From an uncultured Myxococcales bacterium (GTDB taxonomy: Bacteria > Myxococcota_A > UBA9042 > CAIXZC01): DNA of 64,000 bases. Of the stretch, positions 57,146-64,000 are shown one piece after another. The notes below the pieces were generated by a model. It saw nothing but the letters and a program-made list of their open reading frames with translations, did not search any database and was not told the DNA's origin. The DNA is taken from NCBI GenBank assembly GCA_903895725.1, contig CAITUV010000030.1, forward strand, positions 8,603 through 72,602, given 5' to 3'. The position numbers and the translations under genes were made by a program. Within the stretch, counting starts at the first letter, position 1; each line of letters begins with the position of its first letter.

Positions 57146-57161
57146 TCGTCCCTCCCCCCCC

Positions 57162-59063
57162 TCACATCTGCACAAACTTCGCCCAGATATCCAGCCCGCT
57201 GGCAATGCCAGAGCGCGCCCAGGTCACCAGCACCTTGCCCCCCGCGAACGCCACCAGGGAGAGACTGCCTTCCGGATCCATCGCCCCCACGTCCACCAGG
57301 TAGCTCGCCCCGAACGTCGTGCCGCCCGCAAACGGTGCCAGCTTGACCTTGTTGTTCTGCGACGGCCCTTCCTGCCACGCCACCGCCACCTCGTCGTCGC
57401 CAAGAACGGCCAGCGCTACCGCCTGCACCCCGCCGGACTCGGCATTCATGCACACCGCATCGCCTGCCGACGACAGGTCCGGCTTGAACCGACGGACGCA
57501 GATGCGCTTGGCCTGTTCCTCGAGCCAGGCGATGTACACGTAGGCCCCGGAGGCACTGATGGTTGGTTTCGTTTCGACTTCCATGACTCCCGTTGCTACG
57601 GGAATCTCCGAGGCGAGACTCCACTCCAGCCCTGCGACGTTGCTTGCTCTACGAGCGAAGAGATCCGGAAGCGGTCCCACCTTCCTCTCCCACACCACCA
57701 CGGCCGCATCGGTCCCGACGACGGCGACGGCCGGGCGGGTGTCGTCGTCCTTGCTCTGCGTCGTGATTTCGACCTCCAGCGTCCAGGGCCAGCCCGCATT
57801 GGCGATGTGGCCGCCCTTGAGGCGGAAATTGCCCTGGCTGTTGTCGGCCCAAACCGCAATCACGTCACCCGCCTCCCCCAACGGGGCAAACGCAAGATCC
57901 TTCTGGTCCAGAGTCGTGGTTGCAGGGAGGACCAGCTCCGACCCTGCGGAGCCGCCCTCCAGGATGATCCTTCCGAACAGCCCCACGCCGCTTCCGTCCT
58001 GGTCCGCACTCTCCCAGCCGGCAAAGAAGGCATCGGCCCCCATGGCCACGGCGGCAGGGTGCTGCTGCGCTCCCTTGGTGAACAGGTTGAGCTTCTGCTC
58101 GGGCAGCAGCTCGTTCCCCGTCCCGCCGAAAGTGCGGTAGGCGATGCCATAGGAGCTGGTATCGAGGCCCTCCGACTGCCATGTGACGGAGAACCCGTCG
58201 CCCAGGCGTGCGGCGGAGGGCTTGGCCTGCCCGTCCGTGGCAAACGTGTTGATCTGCCAGATGTCCTTGCGGGTGCATTCGCCCAGCCCCATGCAGCTCT
58301 CGGTGGGCTTGCAGGCCTTGGGGGCCCCCCAGCTGTTCCCGTCGCCCTGGAGCACATGGTAGGAGTCATTGTCGATGCACTCCGTGTCGCCCGGGGTCCC
58401 TTCCTGGCACAGCTCCTCGTCCGGCGTGCCGTCACAGTCGTTGTCGATGCCGTCGCACGAGAGCTCGGGCTCCTGCTGGTATTGGGCCAGCGCCCCATAG
58501 CCGCAATCCCAGTTGCCATTGGTGCAGACGGGAACGGCCTCGGCGCAAGCACCCTGGAACAGGCAGGTGTCGGGCGGCGGAATGAGGGCCTCGTCGACCG
58601 CTCCGTCGCAATCATTGTCGAGCCCGTCACAGGTGAGCTCTCCACCCCACTCGAGCCCCTGGACCAGGTCGTAGCTGCAGCGCCATTCGGTCCCGTCACA
58701 CCAGGAGAGCACCTTGCCGGAACAGATTCCCTTTTCGAAGCAGTCCGGGGTCCCGTCGCAGGTCGGTCCCAGGTCCCCGGCGAGGTCGAGCTGGTCCTTG
58801 TCTCCCCCGTCGTCTCCGGCCGAATCTCCGACTTCGGTCGTGTCGTCCTTCCCCGTGTCCACCTGGTCCGACGGGACGGCCGCGTCGATCTCGCCGAGGT
58901 CCGCACCGCTTCCGTCGGCCTTCAGGTCGAACGGACAGCCCTCGCCGTCCGCACCGAGGCAATCGCACTTCGATGCTACCGGTTCAGGGGGTGGACACCC
59001 CTGGAGAAACACGAGCAGCACGACGGACAGGACCTGCAGAATCACTCTGGAAAGCACGTTCAT
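57162..59063 (-). CDS. lipoprotein with MopE-like putative metal-binding CDGxDNDCDG repeats and C-terminal beta-propeller-like domain
   Basis: Start trimmed to MNVLSRVILQVLSVVLLVFLQGCPPP (cat 59061-59063). CDGLDNDCDGAVDE and CDGIDNDCDGTPDE motifs (Cu-binding_MopE-like); recurrent ...VAVAW / VIAVWAD / VVVWE strands suggesting a propeller. Confidence 0.65.
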   Translation of the reverse strand: MNVLSRVILQVLSVVLLVFLQGCPPPEPVASKCDCLGADGEGCPFDLKADGSGADLGEIDAAVPSDQVDTGKDDTTEVGDSAGDDGGDKDQLDLAGDLGPTCDGTPDCFEKGICSGKVLSWCDGTEWRCSYDLVQGLEWGGELTCDGLDNDCDGAVDEALIPPPDTCLFQGACAEAVPVCTNGNWDCGYGALAQYQQEPELSCDGIDNDCDGTPDEELCQEGTPGDTECIDNDSYHVLQGDGNSWGAPKACKPTESCMGLGECTRKDIWQINTFATDGQAKPSAARLGDGFSVTWQSEGLDTSSYGIAYRTFGGTGNELLPEQKLNLFTKGAQQHPAAVAMGADAFFAGWESADQDGSGVGLFGRIILEGGSAGSELVLPATTTLDQKDLAFAPLGEAGDVIAVWADNSQGNFRLKGGHIANAGWPWTLEVEITTQSKDDDTRPAVAVVGTDAAVVVWERKVGPLPDLFARRASNVAGLEWSLASEIPVATGVMEVETKPTISASGAYVYIAWLEEQAKRICVRRFKPDLSSAGDAVCMNAESGGVQAVALAVLGDDEVAVAWQEGPSQNNKVKLAPFAGGTTFGASYLVDVGAMDPEGSLSLVAFAGGKVLVTWARSGIASGLDIWAKFVQM

Positions 59064-59256
59064 CCGCGACACCTCGAGAGCAAGGTTGCTGTCGACACGG
59101 GGTTTATACTGCCTGGGTCGGATCGGAGCAAGATTGTGGGTTGGATTGATTCTTGACTTTGAGAGGTTGTGGCGCGAGTTTCGGCCCAATTCGGGCGGCT
59201 CGTCTGCAGTCCGCCCCCCAATGTGGAACCCATTGCGGATCAGTGAGGAGGTTGGG

Positions 59257-60543
59257 ATGGAGAACCAGAAGGTCATGAATCGGTGGCTGGCCGTCGTCGG
59301 GGCGATTCTCATTCAACTCTGTCTGGGGGCGATCTACGCGTGGAGCGTGTTCACCAAGACTCTGACGGACCCGGCGGGGCTGTTCAAGTTCACGGCGACG
59401 CAGTCGCAGATCATCTTCTCGGTCGGCCTGGCATTTTTCGCTCTGACGATGCCGTTTGCAGGTCGCCTCCAGGCCAAGATCGGACCGCGCAAGGTCGCGC
59501 TGGCGGGCGGTCTGGTTCTCGGTCTCGGGTACGTCCTTGCCGGTCTGCTGGGGCAGACTTTCATGATGCAGCTCATCTTCATCGGCATCCTGGGTGGCAT
59601 CGGAATCGGCCTGGCGTACGTGGTGCCGATTGCGGTCGGCATGCGCTGGTTCCCGGACAAGAAGGGGCTCATCACGGGTCTTGCCGTGGCCGGCTTCGGC
59701 TTCGGCGCTCTGGGCTGGGTGCAGATGGCGGGTGAGTGGGGCCAGCTCCTGGCCAAGGTCGGCGTTCTGCAGACCTTCCTGTACTACGGCATTGCGTTTG
59801 CCGTGATCGTGTCCATCGGCTCCATCTTCATGGTCTACCCGCCCGACGGTTGGAAGCCCGAGGGATGGAATCCGCAGGCGGCCGGTACCAAGGCCTCCGC
59901 GGCTCCGGCCGCTGAGCTGCTTCCCGGCGAGATGCTTCGCACTCCGACGTTCTTCATGGTGTGGACCAGCTACGTGTTCTGCGCCCTGGCGGGCCTGATG
60001 GTCATCGGCATCGTGAAGCTGTACGGCGCGGATGCCCTGTTCGGCTCCGGCTCCTACCCGACGCTGGAAGCTGCGGCCGCTGCGGCCGGAACGGCGTACG
60101 CCATCTTCTTTGCTCTGGCCAACGGCCTGGGCCGCATCGGCTGGGGCATGATTGCGGACAAGATCGGCTGGAAGAACTCCATCCTGATCATGGCGGCGAC
60201 TCAGGGCATCGGCATGGCGGCATTCTACTTCCTGGGCGGGACGTACGGAGCCCTGTGCTTCTTCCTGGTGGTCGTCGGCGCCAACTTCGGCGGTACCCTG
60301 GCGCTGTTCCCGCTGGCCACGGCCGGCAACTTCGGCACCAAGAACGTCGGTCTGAACTACGGCTACATGTTCACCGCGTACGGGGTGGGCGGCATCGTCG
60401 GCCCCATCGTTGCCGGCGTGTTCAAGGACATGGGACAGGGCAAGGGAGTTGCCGCCTGGATGCCCCCCTTCATGCTGGCCGCCGTCCTCTGCATCGTGGC
60501 CGTGGCCATCATGTTCGTCGTGAAGCCGCCCAAGAAGGCGTAG
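59257..60543 (+). CDS. MFS transporter, oxalate:formate antiporter (OFA) family
   Basis: ATG 59257 with GAGGAGGT RBS (59245-59252); MENQKVMNRWLAVVGAILIQLCLGAIYAWSVF... 12 TM, OFA-type N-terminus. ORF-track extension from 58714 is antisense to the upstream gene and rejected. Confidence 0.8.
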   Translation: MENQKVMNRWLAVVGAILIQLCLGAIYAWSVFTKTLTDPAGLFKFTATQSQIIFSVGLAFFALTMPFAGRLQAKIGPRKVALAGGLVLGLGYVLAGLLGQTFMMQLIFIGILGGIGIGLAYVVPIAVGMRWFPDKKGLITGLAVAGFGFGALGWVQMAGEWGQLLAKVGVLQTFLYYGIAFAVIVSIGSIFMVYPPDGWKPEGWNPQAAGTKASAAPAAELLPGEMLRTPTFFMVWTSYVFCALAGLMVIGIVKLYGADALFGSGSYPTLEAAAAAAGTAYAIFFALANGLGRIGWGMIADKIGWKNSILIMAATQGIGMAAFYFLGGTYGALCFFLVVVGANFGGTLALFPLATAGNFGTKNVGLNYGYMFTAYGVGGIVGPIVAGVFKDMGQGKGVAAWMPPFMLAAVLCIVAVAIMFVVKPPKKA

Positions 60544-60583
60544 CGTCTTTCCCCTTCCGTTTCTTTCTGCTAGCATCCCTTTC

Positions 60584-61036
60584 ATGAGTGGCACGTTTCG
60601 CATCGTGAGCCATACTGCCGATGTGGCGTTGAGCCTCAGGGCCTCGACGGAGGGGGAGCTGCTGCACGCTCTCGGCCGCGGGCTGGTCCGCCTGATTGCG
60701 GGCCCGAGATTCGGCAAGGCCAAGGCCCGGCAGGGGTGGACCGGCTTTGCCCACGGCCGAATGCCCGCCGAGTCGCTCGAGGCGCTCCTGGTCAAATGGG
60801 CCAACGAGATGATCTGTGCGTTCGACACGGACGGCCTCCTGTGGATTCCAGGGGACGTTCCCGTGGTGACCGGGAGCGACGAAACCGGCTGGGTTGCCGA
60901 GGCGTGGTTGGCCCTCTATGCCGCCCGGGAGCGAGGGTTGGAGCAGTTCCACGACCTCAAAGCCGCAACCTGGCACGGCCTGAAGGTGACCCGTCGCAAC
61001 GGCATCCTGCGAGCCAGGCTGGTGCTGGACACTTGA
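60584..61036 (+). CDS. archease (RtcB activator)
   Basis: 150 aa; conserved HTADV motif near the N-terminus (IVSHTADVALSL) and size typical of archease; immediately upstream of rtcB. Confidence 0.75.
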   Translation: MSGTFRIVSHTADVALSLRASTEGELLHALGRGLVRLIAGPRFGKAKARQGWTGFAHGRMPAESLEALLVKWANEMICAFDTDGLLWIPGDVPVVTGSDETGWVAEAWLALYAARERGLEQFHDLKAATWHGLKVTRRNGILRARLVLDT

Positions 61037-61043
61037 CCGCCTT

Positions 61044-61100
61044 CTTCTTCTGCGGCATCGGCATCGGCATCGGCATCGGCATCGCAGTCGCAGTCGTACC
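61044..61100. repeat. (GGCATC)5 hexanucleotide microsatellite followed by GCAGTCGCAGTCG, in the archease-rtcB intergenic spacer
   Basis: cggcatcggcatcggcatcggcatcggcatcgcagtcgcagtcgtacccgcaacc read directly; related GGCATCGG(G/C)AT / GCAGTCGCAG repeats occur at 12062..12160 (intergenic) and within the lipase gene at ~33050..33200. Confidence 0.7.
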
Positions 61101-61120
61101 CGCAACCGACGAGGCATCAC

Positions 61121-62557
61121 ATGAAGATCGAACGAACCGACGACTCGACCTACACCATCCCCAGGCAGGGGAAGATGCGGGTTCCAGGAGTCCTCTTTGC
61201 CGATGGCCGACTGTATGCCGGAATCGATGATGGGGCCTGTCTGGAGCAGCTGATGAACGTTGCCTGCCTGCCCGGAATCGTCGAGGCCTCGATGGCCATG
61301 CCGGACATCCACTGGGGGTATGGATTCCCCATCGGCGGCGTGGCTGCGTTTGACATGGAGGAGGGAATCGTGTCGCCCGGCGGTGTCGGCTACGACATCA
61401 ACTGCGGCGTCCGTCTCCTCACGACGGGGCTTGAGAAGGACGAGGTCCAGCCTCGGATCCGTGAGCTCATCGACGTGCTGTTTGCTGCCATCCCGTCGGG
61501 CCTGGGCAGCCATCACCGGGAGTTCCGTCTGTCCGAAAAGGAGATGCGGGCCGTGTGCGAGCGGGGTGCCTCGTGGGCGGTCTCGAAGGGCTACGGAGAC
61601 CGGGGAGACCTTGCCCACATCGAGGATCTCGGCTGCATCGGGGGTGCGGATTTCGAGGCCGTGAGCCAGCGGGCGTACGAGCGCGGGAAGGACCAGCTCG
61701 GGACGCTCGGCTCCGGCAACCACTTCGTCGAGGTGGGGTACGTCGACCAGGTGATTCGCAAGACCCAGGCCGACCAGCTCGGATTGTATCCCGGCAGGGT
61801 CGTCGTGGGCATCCACACGGGCAGTCGGGGATTCGGCTACCAGGTTTGCTCCGAGTCCATCGAGGACCTCATGCCCGCCACGAGGAAGTACGGGATCTCC
61901 CTGCCGGACAAGCAGCTCGTGTGTGCTCCGCTCAAGTCTCCCGAGGGGAGGCGCTACCTGGGTGCCATGGCATGCGCTGCCAACTTTGCGTTTGCCAATC
62001 GGCAGATGATCACCCACTTCCTCCGGGAAGGCATGGAGGCTTTCTTCCGCCGCTCCGCAGGCGAGCTGGGAGTCCGGGTGGTCTACGACGTGGCCCACAA
62101 CATCGCCAAGATCGAAGAGCACGAGGTCCAGGGCCGCCGACAGAAGCTGTGCGTTCACCGGAAAGGGGCCACTCGAGCGCTCCCGCCCGGCCATCCGCTG
62201 GTGCCCGAATCATGCCGCAACGTCGGACAGCCGGTGCTGATCCCGGGGGACATGGGGCGCTACTCCTACGTCCTCGTCGGAGCCCCGGGAGCGTTGAGCC
62301 GAACGTTTGGAAGCTGCGCCCACGGTGCGGGCCGGGTGCTGGGGCGGAACCAGGCCCTCAAGGCAACCCAGGGCCGCCGCATCGAGGACGAGCTGAGCCG
62401 GCAGGGAGTCTACGTCCGGGCCGCAGGACGCACGACGCTGCGGGAGGAGTTCCCTCAAGCCTACAAGGACGTCGCCGATGTCGTCCGGGTGGTCGAGAAG
62501 GCGGGCCTTGCACTTCCCATTGCCCGCCTCAAGCCGATAGGGGTGATCAAAGGCTAG
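61121..62557 (+). CDS. rtcB: RNA-splicing ligase RtcB
   Basis: 478 aa; GYDINCGVR, GSGNHFVE, HTGSRGFG, CAHGAGR metal/GTP-binding signature motifs of RtcB. Confidence 0.9.
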   Translation: MKIERTDDSTYTIPRQGKMRVPGVLFADGRLYAGIDDGACLEQLMNVACLPGIVEASMAMPDIHWGYGFPIGGVAAFDMEEGIVSPGGVGYDINCGVRLLTTGLEKDEVQPRIRELIDVLFAAIPSGLGSHHREFRLSEKEMRAVCERGASWAVSKGYGDRGDLAHIEDLGCIGGADFEAVSQRAYERGKDQLGTLGSGNHFVEVGYVDQVIRKTQADQLGLYPGRVVVGIHTGSRGFGYQVCSESIEDLMPATRKYGISLPDKQLVCAPLKSPEGRRYLGAMACAANFAFANRQMITHFLREGMEAFFRRSAGELGVRVVYDVAHNIAKIEEHEVQGRRQKLCVHRKGATRALPPGHPLVPESCRNVGQPVLIPGDMGRYSYVLVGAPGALSRTFGSCAHGAGRVLGRNQALKATQGRRIEDELSRQGVYVRAAGRTTLREEFPQAYKDVADVVRVVEKAGLALPIARLKPIGVIKG

Positions 62558-63267
62558 TCTTTTCGCGCCACCACGATCAGGAACCCCCCGAATCGACCGA
62601 TGGGAGTGCGCTGGACCATGCGCTCGACCCGGTCGGTCACCTTGCCCACGATGGGCAGGTTGAACAGGTGGTAGGTCGGTGCGAGGCAGCGGATTCCGAC
62701 GGTTTCAATGATGCGAACGGTCCCGGGAAGGTAGCCCCGGATGTCGGCCAGCGTGTCGAAGCGGGTGTAGACGTGATCATCCGTCGTTCCGGCCGCCACC
62801 TTCTGGGCCGGCTTGACGATCTTCACGACATGGCGCAGCGAGTGACGGTTGTAGAACTCGAGCACGAGATGCCCACCGGGGGCCAGCACGCGGGTGCACT
62901 CGGCCAGCGCTGCCTGGATGGCCTCCACGTGGGCCAGCACCTTGAAGGAGACCACGCAGTCGAAGCTGGCATCGGGAAACGGAAGGCTCGTGGCGCAGGC
63001 TTCGTGCACTTCGAGCCCTCGCTCCCGGGCCTTGGCCAGCATCCCGGGGGAAATGTCGATTCCCACGGCCTTGCTCGCAATACGGGACAGAGGCTCCAGG
63101 ACCAGCCCCGTCCCGCATCCCACCTCGAGCACCCGCCGCCCCCTGCAGTACGGCTCCGCAGCCGCAAGCTCACTCTCGTCCAGGAATCGGTGGTATCGCT
63201 TGTGCCGCTCGTTCTCGTAGCCCAGTGCGAACCGGTTGTAGTACTTCGTGTTGTCCAGCCGTGTCAT
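62554..63267 (-). CDS. class I SAM-dependent methyltransferase
   Basis: Start trimmed to MTRLDNTKYYNRFALGYE (cat 63265-63267). VLEVGCGTGL (motif I), DCVVSFKVLAHV, PGGHLVLE. The long upstream extension is Arg/Ser-rich read-through overlapping the next gene. Confidence 0.7.
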   Translation of the reverse strand: MTRLDNTKYYNRFALGYENERHKRYHRFLDESELAAAEPYCRGRRVLEVGCGTGLVLEPLSRIASKAVGIDISPGMLAKARERGLEVHEACATSLPFPDASFDCVVSFKVLAHVEAIQAALAECTRVLAPGGHLVLEFYNRHSLRHVVKIVKPAQKVAAGTTDDHVYTRFDTLADIRGYLPGTVRIIETVGIRCLAPTYHLFNLPIVGKVTDRVERMVQRTPIGRFGGFLIVVARKD

Positions 63268-63277
63268 CGCTCTTCCC

Positions 63278-64000
63278 TCAGCCTCCGTCACCGCGGAGGG
63301 CATCATAGAGTGATTCGCAGGCGCATGCCATGGCCTGCGGTGAAAAACGTTCCAGGACGAGCTGCCGCCCCGTCTCTCCCATGGCGGTCCGACGCTGCGG
63401 GTCGGCCAGGAGGCTGCGGACTGCTGCCGCCAGCGCCTCGTGATTCCCGGTGGGTACCACGAGCCCCGCATCCCTTCCGCCAAGCACCTCCGGCAGCGGG
63501 CCGTAGTCGCTGACGACCACCGGAACCCGCTCCCGCAGCGACTCGAGCAGGACCAGCGGCAGATCCATCTTGGCGTAAAGCGAGTCTGCCGGCTGGACCT
63601 GGAGCGTTGCCGCCGCAGCCAGGGCCTCCATGTCCGGGACCTCATTGAAGAACGAAACCCGGCCGGCAAGCCCCTGAGACCGGATTTCCTCTTTCAGCGC
63701 AGCCTCCACGACCCGGCTCTTCTCCTGCTTGACGCGGCACGCGAAGACGAAATGCGCATCGTTGCCGGCCAGCATCGCGGGCAGCGCCCTGGCGCACACC
63801 GCGGCGGCATTCGAAAACTGGTAATCCCCGGCATAGAGCACCAGGCTGCGATCCTCCGGGAGCCCCAATGCAGACCGTGCGGCCGCCTTCCTCTCCAGGG
63901 CAATCGGCTCACCGACCGGGACCGACGGAGGAATCAGGGACACGGGGCGGGACGTGGCTGCCTCGACCTGCCTGCGGGTGTGCTCGGACAGCACCACCAC
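63278..64000 (-). CDS. glycosyltransferase family 4 (GT-B fold), C-terminal part; gene continues past window end
   Basis: ...LVLYAGDYQFSNAAA..., ...VVSDYGPLPEVLGGRDAGLVVPTGNHEALAAAVRSLLADP... typical GT4 C-terminal domain. ORF open to position 64000. Confidence 0.65.
   Translation of the reverse strand: MVVLSEHTRRQVEAATSRPVSLIPPSVPVGEPIALERKAAARSALGLPEDRSLVLYAGDYQFSNAAAVCARALPAMLAGNDAHFVFACRVKQEKSRVVEAALKEEIRSQGLAGRVSFFNEVPDMEALAAAATLQVQPADSLYAKMDLPLVLLESLRERVPVVVSDYGPLPEVLGGRDAGLVVPTGNHEALAAAVRSLLADPQRRTAMGETGRQLVLERFSPQAMACACESLYDALRGDGG

Noticed and set aside
56936-57150. Possible CRISPR array
   Set aside because: Units are 7 bp at 9-bp period with no unique spacers, and there are two oppositely oriented blocks; inconsistent with CRISPR.
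58714-59256. N-terminal extension of the OFA transporter ORF
   Set aside because: Overlaps the 3' end of the MopE-like lipoprotein gene on the other strand; a good RBS plus ATG at 59257 begins the transporter.
1-64000. tRNA, rRNA, transposase, integrase, phage structural genes
   Set aside because: Searched by eye for cloverleaf-compatible GTGGTTCGA-type T-loops, DDE/tyrosine recombinase motifs and terminal inverted repeats; none found.

Overview
This is a high-GC (~68%) bacterial chromosomal window, almost certainly from a myxobacterium (Myxococcota). The evidence is two proteins ending in MYXO-CTERM-type sorting tails (GC-x...hydrophobic...RR), cysteine-rich DUF4215/'Myxococcus cysteine-rich repeat' modules, and a large number of lipoproteins with lipobox signals. 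Real genes are densely packed; most long opposite-strand ORFs in the track are GC-driven antisense artefacts. No rRNA, tRNA, CRISPR array, transposase or integrase was found.

Recognisable housekeeping or conserved genes are tldD/pmbA, Tex, DHA2 and OFA MFS transporters, an EamA transporter, the flotillin/NfeD pair, archease-RtcB, a SAM methyltransferase and a partial GT4 glycosyltransferase. There is also a polyhydroxyalkanoate island: phaR, a phasin, an acyl-CoA synthetase, phaE-like and class III phaC, and a lipase lipoprotein.

The accessory content is dominated by exported proteins: a giant 1446-aa lipoprotein of about 30 tandem 6-Cys repeats; a 1510-aa lipoprotein of NPCTDD-type Cys repeats plus a Gly-rich tail; a 4x lamin-tail-domain lipoprotein divergently paired with an exported PPDK_N (PEP-utilising ATP-grasp) lipoprotein; a PHP-domain metallohydrolase lipoprotein; MopE-like and IgGFc-binding-like lipoproteins; and a transglutaminase-like MYXO-CTERM protein.

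The best candidate for an undescribed system is a translationally coupled three-gene cassette at 48.9-53.0 kb: a cytoplasmic thermolysin-like gluzincin metallopeptidase (679 aa), an MBL-fold metallohydrolase with a large insertion (500 aa), and a small SRPBCC ligand-binding protein. Noncoding curiosities are an inverted pair of ATAGGAC 7-mer arrays at ~57 kb, a 2x61-bp direct repeat upstream of the acyl-CoA synthetase, ATGCTGCA-N-TGCAGC palindromes in two divergent promoters (one being the phaR/phasin region), and a GGCATC microsatellite family.
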